DNA from: Thermodesulfobacteriota bacterium
GTDB taxonomy: Bacteria > Desulfobacterota_D > UBA1144
NCBI GenBank assembly: GCA_029246845.1
Contig: JAQWMJ010000049.1
Location: forward strand, 1 to 26,916
DNA: 26,916 nt
Direction: 5' to 3'
In this document: positions 1 through 8,506 of the stretch, in pieces
Numbering within the stretch: the stretch's first letter is position 1
Layout: the number at the start of each line of letters is the position of its first letter
Made by a program: the position numbers and the translations under genes
Notes under the pieces: model-generated
What the model saw: the letters and a program-made list of their open reading frames with translations, nothing else
Told to the model about the DNA's origin: nothing
Database searches by the model: none

Positions 1-34
1 AAATGTTTGAACAATTTAGTTTCAATAAAATTTC

Positions 35-976
35 TTAAATTAGATTTTCCTTTAAAACCCTTAATATATTTTGTGACGCAAACTTGTCTATTATTTTGGC
101 CTTAACTTTTTTTCTTTCTAGCATTTCTATGATCTTATATAGGTCAGATGATTTTCTTATACCTCCAGGGAAATCATTAAGTGGCGCGCCATCTATATCT
201 GAACCCAATGCTACATGATCCTCCCCACATTTTGATAATAAATAATTAAACTGCTTAAATACGTCATCTAATGAGACATTAGGTTTGTTAGATATGAAGT
301 CATTATATAAAACTATTCCAGTAGTACCACCTTTATTCGAAATAGCTCTCAACTGAGAGGTTGTAAGGTTTCTTTTGTGTCTTCTTAGATAGTAACTATT
401 TGAATGAGTAGCAATCGGTATTAGTTTAGTGGTATTTATTGCATCCCAGAAAGATTTACAGCTAAGATGAGACAAGTCTAGAGTGACTCCTTTCTCATTC
501 ATCGCTTCAATTAACTGGTAACCTTTTTTCTTTAGTGACCCTGATTTGCTTGCGCCAAAAGCATAGTTATTTTCTTTATTCCAAGTTAACCCTAAAATTC
601 TTAATCCTTTATTGTAAAACATTTCTAGATCTTTGAGTTTTCTAATTGGGTCAGCACCTTCCATTAGGAATAATAGACCAATTTTATTTTTAGTTTTTAA
701 TTTAATATCTTTATTGTTTTCTACTTTATAAAAGAAACCGTAATTTTTAAATATCTTTTCGTATTCTTTAAATTGGAGAAGCGCTTCCAAATGTCTCTTG
801 TCTCTTTTAACATGAGAAACAAAAATAGTGGAGAATATTAATCCCAGTTTAGACTTTAAAGTTTCTTTTAAGGTAATCATATATTTTGAATCGTTAGTAT
901 CTAAGGGTCTCTTGTTGGCAAGTATTGAATAAGCAATGTCTTGATGCCCATCAATAAAAAATCTACTTTTTTTCAT
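35..976 (-). CDS. Membrane dipeptidase family (peptidase M19) Zn-dependent dipeptidase
   Basis: 313 aa; motifs IDGHQD, EGAD, GLTWN, DLSH, ATHSN, GSDIDG typical of renal-dipeptidase-like amidohydrolases. Confidence 0.9.
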   Translation of the reverse strand: MKKSRFFIDGHQDIAYSILANKRPLDTNDSKYMITLKETLKSKLGLIFSTIFVSHVKRDKRHLEALLQFKEYEKIFKNYGFFYKVENNKDIKLKTKNKIGLLFLMEGADPIRKLKDLEMFYNKGLRILGLTWNKENNYAFGASKSGSLKKKGYQLIEAMNEKGVTLDLSHLSCKSFWDAINTTKLIPIATHSNSYYLRRHKRNLTTSQLRAISNKGGTTGIVLYNDFISNKPNVSLDDVFKQFNYLLSKCGEDHVALGSDIDGAPLNDFPGGIRKSSDLYKIIEMLERKKVKAKIIDKFASQNILRVLKENLI

Positions 977-1035
977 AGTGATGTAGCCTTTAATAAGGGA
1001 ATAAATAAAAATTTCACTTTAATATTATAAATGAA

Positions 1036-1902
1036 TTACAGAAGAGATTTAAGTGTTTCGCCCATTTCTGCTGGGCTAGGTGCGACTTTAATGCCAACTG
1101 ACTCAAGAACTTGTCTTTTTTCTTCAGCTGATCCTGAACTTCCTGAAACTATAGCTCCAGCATGTCCCATTCTTTTACCTTTTGGTGCAGTAGCACCAGC
1201 TATAAAGGCTGCAACTGGCTTTGTAAAATTATCTTTAATCCATAGACCAGCTTCTTGCTCAGCTGTTCCACCAATTTCACCAATCATTATTACTCCGTCA
1301 GTATCTTTATCTTTTTCAAAGAGTTCAAGAATATCTATGAAAGATGATCCAATTATAGGGTCACCACCAATACCTACACAACTTGATTGGCCAATTCCCA
1401 ATTGAGTTAATTGCCAAACTGCTTCATAAGTCAAAGTACCACTCTTAGAAATAATACCAATACGTCCTTCTTTGTGAATGTATCCTGGCATAATTCCAAC
1501 CTTAGCTTGGCCAGGAGTTATAATTCCTGGACAGTTAGGACCAATTAGCCTAGATGAGGACATATCGACCACTTTCTTTACTTTAAGCATATCATTTGTA
1601 GGGATGCCTTCAGTTATGCATATTACTAGCTCTATTCCAGCGTCAACTGCTTCTAGGATTGCATCAGGTGCAAAAGATGCGGGAACAAAAATAAGGCTAA
1701 CGTTAGCCCCTGTTTTGGCTCTTGCTTCGACAACAGAATCGTAAACATTAAATCCTTCAACCTCAGTTCCGCCTTTTCCTGGAGTTACACCAGCAACTAC
1801 ATTAGTGCCATATTCCCGACACTGGGTTGCATGAAATAATCCTTGGCTTCCAGTGATGCCTTGAACGATTAATTTTGTTTCATTATTAACTAGAATACTC
1901 AT
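1036..1902 (-). CDS. sucD: Succinyl-CoA synthetase alpha subunit
   Basis: Starts MSILVN (ATG at 1902, not the ORF-track 1935); [34 protein letters not shown], phospho-His motif RMGHAGA. Confidence 0.97.
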   Translation of the reverse strand: MSILVNNETKLIVQGITGSQGLFHATQCREYGTNVVAGVTPGKGGTEVEGFNVYDSVVEARAKTGANVSLIFVPASFAPDAILEAVDAGIELVICITEGIPTNDMLKVKKVVDMSSSRLIGPNCPGIITPGQAKVGIMPGYIHKEGRIGIISKSGTLTYEAVWQLTQLGIGQSSCVGIGGDPIIGSSFIDILELFEKDKDTDGVIMIGEIGGTAEQEAGLWIKDNFTKPVAAFIAGATAPKGKRMGHAGAIVSGSSGSAEEKRQVLESVGIKVAPSPAEMGETLKSLL

Positions 1903-2031
1903 ATCATTGAATAATAGAGAAAAAATATAGCACACAATTTTTATTTATCAATTTTTTTAATTCACATTCTGCTATTAGATAAAAAAAACATTCGTTGTAT
2001 AATTAAAATCAATTATTGCTCGGAGGTCATA

Positions 2032-2892
2032 TTGAAAAAAGTTGCAATTATTGGTGGAAGCGGACTCTACGATATCGAAGATCCTTCTAATGCTGAAGAG
2101 CTGAATATAGTTACTCCATGGGGACCTACATCTGATTCTATTCTTAAGACAGAGCAAGACGGTCTTGAAGTATATTTCTTATCTAGACATGGAAGAGGCC
2201 ATTTGATTGGTCCCTCTCAAATTAACTTTAGGGCAAATATATATGCATTAAAATTTCTAGGCATTGATTGGATTATTTCGGTTAGCGCTGTAGGGAGTTT
2301 GAAGGAAGAGATTCCTCCTGGAACTATAGTAATCCCAGACCAATTTATAGATTTTACAAAAAATAGATTTAATACCTTTTTTGATGAAGGAATAGTTGCT
2401 CATGTTTCTATGGCTAAACCAGTAAGTGAAAATTTATCATCTATTATGGTTGATGCATGTAAGAAATTAGGTTTTTTATATAAAGAAGGGGGTACTTATG
2501 TTTGCATAGAAGGCCCGCAGTTTTCTTCTTTAGCTGAAAGTAATTTCTATAGAAGCCTGGGTGCTGATATTATAGGAATGACAAATATGCCAGAAGCAAA
2601 ATTAGCTAGAGAGGCTGAAATATGTTATTCAACTTTAGCTTTAAGTACAGACTATGACTGTTGGCATGAAGGACATGATTCAGTAACAGTTGATGAGGTT
2701 GTTAGCACTATGAATAAGAATGTTCAAAATGCTAGGTTGGTCATTTCGGAAGTGCTTGCAAATATACCAGAAGAGAAAGACGAATATATAAAGAACGCAC
2801 TACAGTCTTCTATTATAAGTTCAATGGACTCAATAACAGACGAATCTAAAGAGAAATTGTCTGCGATTATAAGAAGGTATCTTTTAGCATGA
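2032..2892 (+). CDS. mtnP: S-methyl-5'-thioadenosine phosphorylase
   Basis: IIGGSG, RHGRGH, SAVGSL, EGPQFS, IGMTNMPEAKLAREAE, TDYDCWH; TTG start with GGAGG at 2022-2026. Confidence 0.93.
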   Translation: MKKVAIIGGSGLYDIEDPSNAEELNIVTPWGPTSDSILKTEQDGLEVYFLSRHGRGHLIGPSQINFRANIYALKFLGIDWIISVSAVGSLKEEIPPGTIVIPDQFIDFTKNRFNTFFDEGIVAHVSMAKPVSENLSSIMVDACKKLGFLYKEGGTYVCIEGPQFSSLAESNFYRSLGADIIGMTNMPEAKLAREAEICYSTLALSTDYDCWHEGHDSVTVDEVVSTMNKNVQNARLVISEVLANIPEEKDEYIKNALQSSIISSMDSITDESKEKLSAIIRRYLLA

Positions 2893-3794
2893 GTATTATC
2901 GTAGTAGGTTCATCGGCTTTTGACGATATTGAAACACCAAGAGGCTCAAGAAAAAGAATAGTGGGTGGCTCGTGTATATATTTTTCTCTTGCTGCCAGTT
3001 TTAAAACCAAGGTTAATATCGTTTCAGTTGTTGGAAAAGATTTTCCAAAAAAAACAATTCAAACTCTAAACAAAAAAGGAATTTCTACTGAAGGATTAGT
3101 AGTGAAAAAAGGTAAAACTTTTAGCTGGGGTGGAAAATATAACAGTTTTTCTGAGGATCCTGAAACAAACTTTACAAACTTAAATGTTTTTGAATCTTTT
3201 TCTCCAGAAATTCCAGATTCATACAAAGAAAAAAAGTCTATACTTTTCCTAGCTAACATAGATCCCGATTTACAAAATAAGGTTGTTGACCTATATGAGA
3301 GACCCAAAATAATTGGTTTAGATACAATGAATTTTTGGATTGGATTTAAAAGAAAACAGTTACTTAAGATGTTAAAAAAAGTTGATATCCTTACTATAAA
3401 TGAGCTAGAACTTCGATTGATTGGTAAGAAGAAGTCTTTACATGACTGTTTAAAAGTTTTAACCAATGATATAGGCATAAAATTTCTTATTGTTAAAAGG
3501 GGAAGTGGTGGCTCTCTATTGGTTACAAAGAAAAGCTTTGATTGGGTTCCAAGCTATCCATTTTGTGATGTTGTAGATCCAACTGGTGCGGGGGATAGCT
3601 ATGCTGGAGCACTTTTTAGCTCACTAGACATTCTAACCTCTTTAACCTCTAAGTCGATTATTGATTCGATGGTATATGCATCGGCTCTATCATCTTTTAC
3701 TATTGAGAGTTTTGGCGTTGACAGTCTGCTTAAACTAAAAAAGAAGGATATTTTAAAAAGAGAAAGGGAACTAAGAAAGATTGCAAGAATTTAA
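2889..3794 (+). CDS. PfkB-family carbohydrate/nucleoside kinase
   Basis: N-terminal VGSSAFD..GGS; C-terminal anion-hole signature DPTGAGDSYAG; ATGA overlap with mtnP stop. Confidence 0.9.
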   Translation: MSIIVVGSSAFDDIETPRGSRKRIVGGSCIYFSLAASFKTKVNIVSVVGKDFPKKTIQTLNKKGISTEGLVVKKGKTFSWGGKYNSFSEDPETNFTNLNVFESFSPEIPDSYKEKKSILFLANIDPDLQNKVVDLYERPKIIGLDTMNFWIGFKRKQLLKMLKKVDILTINELELRLIGKKKSLHDCLKVLTNDIGIKFLIVKRGSGGSLLVTKKSFDWVPSYPFCDVVDPTGAGDSYAGALFSSLDILTSLTSKSIIDSMVYASALSSFTIESFGVDSLLKLKKKDILKRERELRKIARI

Positions 3795-4749
3795 CACTCT
3801 TCTCAGACAAATAAGCTTAATACTAATTTTATTTCTAATTCCCAACATATCATTATCTAAAGAGTTTAGAGGAAGCTTTATCGCATGGGGAACTAACTTA
3901 GATTTTATTGTTCACTCTGAGCTCGAACGCGATGAGGTAAATTCCATAATTTATAAAGTTCAAAAAATTCCTAATTCTATGGAACTAGTACTAAACTCTA
4001 AAAATCCCAATTCAGAGTTATCAAGATTAAATGATTTAATATCCAATAAAAATATGGAACTAAGCGAGGATCTTTTCTTTCTTATCGAGGAAGGATTTTA
4101 TTACAATGAAATTTCTGATGGGTATTTTGATATCACAGTTGGGAGTCTAAATAATCACAAATCTATTTATAACGAATCAAAAAATCAGCAAGAATGCATG
4201 GGGGTAAAAAATCTGGTTTTAGATTATGAATTAAGAACTATAATTAAAAAAAAGAAATGTATAAAAATAGATTTAGATGGATTAGCTGAAGGCTATGTCA
4301 TAAGACTTATGTTGAAGGCGCTTAAAGAATCTGGCATAGATGATGTATTATTAAATTTTGGAGGTAATGTTAGTACTCTATCAAATAAGTCAAACTGGAA
4401 AGTTTCAATTAAAAATCCTGATTTTAATAATGAGATTAATTCTACGGTTAATTTGAACAATTTATCTATATCAACTTCTAGTCAATATTCAAAAATAATA
4501 AAAATTAAAAGTGATAGTTTCTCACATATTCTTAATCCAAAACAAAAAGTATTTAAAAGTAAGAAAAATATCTCTATCTCAGTAATAAGTAATGACCCTA
4601 TTTATTCAGATGCCATGTCAACATCGCTACAAGCAATGCCAATAGAGAAGGCTTTGGAATTTTTAAAAGAAGCTAAAGACATTAAAGCTATAGTTTTAAA
4701 AAGGACTAAAAATAGGGAAACTAAAACTTTATTTAATAATTTTCAATAA
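3781..4749 (+). CDS. apbE: FAD:protein FMN transferase (ApbE family), divergent
   Basis: Hydrophobic N-terminal leader; AWGT, SELSRLN, GYFDITVG, DLDGLAEGY, NFGGN, STSSQY, SHILNP, SDAMSTSL in ApbE order; exact start uncertain. Confidence 0.85.
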   Translation: MQEFNTLLRQISLILILFLIPNISLSKEFRGSFIAWGTNLDFIVHSELERDEVNSIIYKVQKIPNSMELVLNSKNPNSELSRLNDLISNKNMELSEDLFFLIEEGFYYNEISDGYFDITVGSLNNHKSIYNESKNQQECMGVKNLVLDYELRTIIKKKKCIKIDLDGLAEGYVIRLMLKALKESGIDDVLLNFGGNVSTLSNKSNWKVSIKNPDFNNEINSTVNLNNLSISTSSQYSKIIKIKSDSFSHILNPKQKVFKSKKNISISVISNDPIYSDAMSTSLQAMPIEKALEFLKEAKDIKAIVLKRTKNRETKTLFNNFQ

Positions 4750-4752
4750 ATC

Positions 4753-4780
4753 TTTACAAAAAATATGTTTTATGTATTAT
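4753..4780 (+). promoter_or_regulatory. Putative sigma70 promoter of the porin gene
   Basis: TTTACA (4753-4758), N16, TATTAT (4775-4780); AT-rich background lowers specificity. Confidence 0.4.
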
Positions 4781-4787
4781 TAAAGTC

Positions 4788-4812
4788 ATTATGGATGTCT
4801 TGTATCCATAAT
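4788..4812. promoter_or_regulatory. Palindromic operator-like box
   Basis: Perfect inverted repeat ATTATGGAT-N7-ATCCATAAT between the putative -10 and the RBS; related box upstream of FTR1. Confidence 0.6.
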
Positions 4813-4833
4813 ATCTATTATAGGAGGAAAATT

Positions 4834-6132
4834 ATGGTAGATTTTAAAAAAGTTAGAGTTCTACTTTTAGTTGTTTCTGCACTATTAGTAGCTCCTTTTT
4901 CAAGTTCTTTTTCTAAAGAATCAGCAGATTTGAACAGTTCCTCTTTTTCATCAGCTTCAACTGACGAAAAGATTAGTATTCTTGCAGAAGAAATTGAAAT
5001 TTTGAGAAATCAAGAACTTTACGGCGGCGAAATTGGCTCAGTTAAAGGTTTTGGTCCTGCGGCCTCAAAAGTTTATAACACGTCAAAGGGTCTTGCTATT
5101 GGTGGTTATGGAGAAATTTATAACAAATCATATTTAGCAGGTGACAATTACGATCAATCTGATGCTTATAGAGGTGTCGTCTATATAGGGTATAAGTTCG
5201 ATGACGAATGGTCTCTTAACACAGAATTAGAATTTGAGCATGTTAAAGAATCATATCTAGAATTTGCTTATATTGATTATGATCCAAAAAAGTTTGACGG
5301 GAAGTTAGGCTTTAGAGCAGGTCTTTTACTTTTACCAATGGGTATAGTGAACGAAATGCACGAACCTACAACATTTCATGGAGTATTTAGACCATGGGTT
5401 GAGAATAAATTAATTCCAACTACATCTAGAGAAAATGGTTTTGGTATTTATGGTTCATTGATGGATGATAAAGTTGAATACAAATGGTACTACGTTAACG
5501 GTTGGCAAAATCCTGGGGCTACCAAAAAAGGCGCCGGTATGAGAGACTTCAGAGGTAAGGGAGGCGAAACAGTAAGTAATGAATTCGCTAACGTTGCACA
5601 TATTTTAGTCCATCTTAACGAGTATGCGGATATTGGATTTTCAATTTATGACGGTGAAATTAACCCAAAAAGTGGTACATCAGTAACAGTTAATGATTCT
5701 AACTCATCTGTTAGAATGTTAACAGGTTGGGTCAAGGGTGAAATTTCAACTTATGAATATACATTCCTATATCATGAAAACAGATTTAGTTCCGTTTCAA
5801 GATTAAACTCAACTTTAACAAGTAATCTTCACGAAAAATTCGGTACTAAACAAAAAGGTTATTACTATAGTGTAGCTAAGGATATTGGCTCAATGATTGG
5901 AACAGATTGGTACGTTGCACCTTTCTACAGATATGAAAATCTGAATTTCCATGATGAAGTTGATAGCTCAGCTTTTACAAACAGTGATTACGATACACAA
6001 TATTATACTTTTGGTTTAACTGTTAAGCCGATCTATAACGTTGTGTTAAAAATGGATGTTACAAGATATACGGATAAAGCGGAGAATGGAGATTCCAGAA
6101 TCCTTAGTCTAGGTCTTGGATACATATTCTAG
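4834..6132 (+). CDS. Outer-membrane beta-barrel/porin with N-terminal coiled segment
   Basis: ATG 4834 with AGGAGG at 4822-4827; signal peptide ending SSFS; amphipathic aromatic beta-strands (IGGYGE, YIGYKF, ELEFEH, EFAYIDY); C-terminal LGLGYIF beta-signal. Confidence 0.8.
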   Translation: MVDFKKVRVLLLVVSALLVAPFSSSFSKESADLNSSSFSSASTDEKISILAEEIEILRNQELYGGEIGSVKGFGPAASKVYNTSKGLAIGGYGEIYNKSYLAGDNYDQSDAYRGVVYIGYKFDDEWSLNTELEFEHVKESYLEFAYIDYDPKKFDGKLGFRAGLLLLPMGIVNEMHEPTTFHGVFRPWVENKLIPTTSRENGFGIYGSLMDDKVEYKWYYVNGWQNPGATKKGAGMRDFRGKGGETVSNEFANVAHILVHLNEYADIGFSIYDGEINPKSGTSVTVNDSNSSVRMLTGWVKGEISTYEYTFLYHENRFSSVSRLNSTLTSNLHEKFGTKQKGYYYSVAKDIGSMIGTDWYVAPFYRYENLNFHDEVDSSAFTNSDYDTQYYTFGLTVKPIYNVVLKMDVTRYTDKAENGDSRILSLGLGYIF

Positions 6133-6161
6133 AATGAAACCATCCTGTGTTTAATTTTAGA

Positions 6162-6243
6162 GGTATTTACCAGGCTGCAACTCTTATATTAATCTCTGCC
6201 GGGGACAAGCAGCTTCTACAAAGGTTACAGCCTGGTGAGTATT
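6162..6243. ncRNA. Candidate structured RNA/long imperfect hairpin, family unassigned
   Basis: ACCAGGCTG(C)AAC at 6169-6181 pairs with GTT(A)CAGCCTGGT at 6224-6236, extendable with G-U pairs; inner CTGC/GCAG hairpin; GC-richer than other spacers. Confidence 0.45.
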
Positions 6244-6275
6244 GACAAAAGGCAAATGAAAAGTAGATATAAATT

Positions 6276-6794
6276 ATGAATGTTTTAACACTTTTTATCT
6301 TTTCAATACTCTCTTTATCATCAATTGCGGGCGTTTTAACCGATGTTCCTTCAGTCTTAAAGTTTTATTTTGGAGACTATGAGGTTAAAAGAGAGCAAGT
6401 ATTTTTGACGTCTACAACAATAAAAGAGCTAGAAAGAATATCAAAAGCCAAGTTTGAATCAAGGATATATTCCGTTTATGAAGCTAAGTCCAATGGAAGA
6501 AGGGTTATGAGCGGGATCCTAGAGACCCACTTGCTTAGGAGTAGAACGCAAACGTTGTTTGTAGTCTTTGATAAAAGTGGAAAAATTGTATCAACTCAAG
6601 TCCTAGCATTTTATGAGCCTGAGGAATATATCATGTCCCCTGAATGGTTCTCCAAGTTTAAAACGAAATCAATTAATGATAGAATGCAACCAGGAGATGA
6701 TGTAGTTAAAGTTAGCGGCTCTACAATTTCTTATAATGAAACAGCTTCAGCTATAAGAAGAATGACCACTCTTTATAATTATATCTATAAATAG
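6276..6794 (+). CDS. Exported FMN-binding domain protein (probable ApbE flavinylation substrate)
   Basis: Signal peptide; LAFYEPEEY, WFSKF; C-terminal VSGSTIS resembling the [S/T]GA[S/T] flavinylation motif followed by a helix. Confidence 0.8.
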   Translation: MNVLTLFIFSILSLSSIAGVLTDVPSVLKFYFGDYEVKREQVFLTSTTIKELERISKAKFESRIYSVYEAKSNGRRVMSGILETHLLRSRTQTLFVVFDKSGKIVSTQVLAFYEPEEYIMSPEWFSKFKTKSINDRMQPGDDVVKVSGSTISYNETASAIRRMTTLYNYIYK

Positions 6795-6818
6795 TTTATT
6801 ATCGGATAAGATATCATA

Positions 6819-7313
6819 ATGAGATTTTTTGTTACAAAAGACCTAAATAAAAATAGCGCCTTGAAGCTAATAATCTTCTTTTCCTTAATTTTCTTTATTG
6901 GGCTGATAGTTACAAATTTTTTATTTATGTATAAGATTGGCTTTACACCATCTTCGGTGACTAATTATTACTTGGGAAACCCAGAGATATTTAGACAACC
7001 TAAGAGTTATGGCTCACTTGTTGAAGAGACACATTTTCACCTATTTGCAATGGGAATTATCTTAATGACGCTTAATCATTTAATGCTTTTTAGTAAGCTT
7101 AAGGATAGTTATAAAATTTGGATAATAGTAATATCCTTTACATCTTGCTTGCTAGATATAGGATCAAGCTGGCTCGTTAGATATGTTTCCAGCAGCTTTT
7201 CAATAGTTAAGGTGTCATCAATGATTGTTGAGCAAGTATTCTTACTATTGTTAATCATTATAATTACCAAATCCATATTTACAAAAGAAAATAATGAGGT
7301 CATATACAAATGA
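6819..7313 (+). CDS. Hypothetical inner-membrane protein, about 4 TM, with H-x-H...H motif
   Basis: Four hydrophobic segments; EETHFHLFAMG..LNHL. Confidence 0.7.
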   Translation: MRFFVTKDLNKNSALKLIIFFSLIFFIGLIVTNFLFMYKIGFTPSSVTNYYLGNPEIFRQPKSYGSLVEETHFHLFAMGIILMTLNHLMLFSKLKDSYKIWIIVISFTSCLLDIGSSWLVRYVSSSFSIVKVSSMIVEQVFLLLLIIIITKSIFTKENNEVIYK

Positions 7314-7660
7314 AAAAAATATTAATTTTAACGCTAATTCTTCTTACAATAAGCTTCGAAGCTTCAGCAGACTTTAAACCTCTGGTGAAAGAAGTTAGGC
7401 AACTAAGAGAAACTCTTTCTAAAACTAAGACAATCAGTAAGGCAGAATTAGAGAAATCTCTTTTGTCTATTAAATCAAAGACGCCATTAATCAAGAATGA
7501 AATTGCAAGAGCAGATTTAACGGGAGATGTAGATATTTTGATTAAAAAATATATAAAAAATAATGAGAAATCTTCTGCAGACACAAAAGATGTTGATTAT
7601 TGGCTAGTTCATATAGTTGATGATTTGGCCATGTTTGTTAAATTGGGAATCACTGAATAA
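7310..7660 (+). CDS. Small exported alpha-helical hypothetical protein
   Basis: MKK + hydrophobic core + ASA cleavage site; ATGA-type overlap with the upstream stop. Confidence 0.65.
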   Translation: MKKILILTLILLTISFEASADFKPLVKEVRQLRETLSKTKTISKAELEKSLLSIKSKTPLIKNEIARADLTGDVDILIKKYIKNNEKSSADTKDVDYWLVHIVDDLAMFVKLGITE

Positions 7661-7697
7661 TTTTATTGAACTAGTAAAAAATTAAGTTAATATATCA

Positions 7698-7718
7698 TAG
7701 ATATCCTACATCTAGGAT
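7698..7718. promoter_or_regulatory. Palindromic operator-like box upstream of FTR1
   Basis: TAGAT-N7-ATCTA (7698-7714) overlapped by ATCCTA-N4-TAGGAT (7703-7718); just downstream of TTGAAC-N16-TAATAT (7666-7693). Confidence 0.5.
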
Positions 7719-7727
7719 TGCAACATT

Positions 7728-8504
7728 ATGAGTACAGCATTTATTTCTTCATTTACCATAATTTTTAGAGAGTCACTTGAGGCTGTGCTTATTGTCGCGG
7801 CAATTTATGGTTACCTTAATCAAATAGGTGAGACTTCGGCAAAAAAAATCATTAACTATGCCTGGATTGGAGCGCTAGCCGTTGGTGGGATAACTTTCGT
7901 TGGTGCAAATTATCTATTTAATCTTACCGTAGAACATGCAGAAATTGTTGAAGGTGTTACAAGCATAATAGCATCCTTGGTATTGTTTCAAGTAGGTGCT
8001 TGGTTTGTTAGTAAAGCTGAGGCAAATAAGTGGAAGCAGTATGTAGAATCAAAGATTAAATGTGCAATATCAAACAGAGACCTATTAACCCTTTTCTCGG
8101 TTGTCTTCTTTGCAGTATATCGAGAGGTCTTCGAGACAATATTGTTTTACGAAGCACTTTTATTGCAATTTGATTCTGAAAGTATATCAATGGGATTCAT
8201 AGCAGGAGTTTTTGTAGTCTCTATAATCTCTTATTTGATTCTTAAGATGTCTGTTACATTAAATCTAAGATATTATTTTCTGGGAACTAGTGCAATGTTA
8301 TTCATTCTCTCTATATCTTTTATGGGATATGGAATTACTGAACTACAAGAAGTGGGAATATTTGATACCACTTTAATATCCATACCTAAGATTGCTATTC
8401 TGGGAATATATCCAACAATGGAAACTTTAATTCCGCAATCAATACTGCTTGGACTATTAAGTTTGTCTATTTATAAAGCTTTCTTTAAAAGGGATAATGC
8501 TTAA
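7728..8504 (+). CDS. FTR1/EfeU-family high-affinity iron permease
   Basis: About 7 TM; two RExxE motifs (FRESLEA, YREVFET); G..ELQE; LGIYPT.ET. Confidence 0.92.
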   Translation: MSTAFISSFTIIFRESLEAVLIVAAIYGYLNQIGETSAKKIINYAWIGALAVGGITFVGANYLFNLTVEHAEIVEGVTSIIASLVLFQVGAWFVSKAEANKWKQYVESKIKCAISNRDLLTLFSVVFFAVYREVFETILFYEALLLQFDSESISMGFIAGVFVVSIISYLILKMSVTLNLRYYFLGTSAMLFILSISFMGYGITELQEVGIFDTTLISIPKIAILGIYPTMETLIPQSILLGLLSLSIYKAFFKRDNA

Positions 8505-8506
8505 AA

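Noticed and set aside
4765..4833. Longer ORF-track N-termini (porin 4765, also sucD 1935, 17409, 20601)
   Set aside because: Downstream ATGs have RBS, signal peptide or family-start support; the extensions run through promoters or neighbouring genes
6196..6213. SRP (4.5S) RNA, suggested by CCGG...AAGCAGC
   Set aside because: No CAGG strand of the symmetric loop at the required place and no GNRA-capped helix
6162..6250. Rho-independent terminator, or FMN/cobalamin/TPP/SAM riboswitch
   Set aside because: Loop too large, no adjacent U-tract, and none of the conserved aptamer strings found by eye
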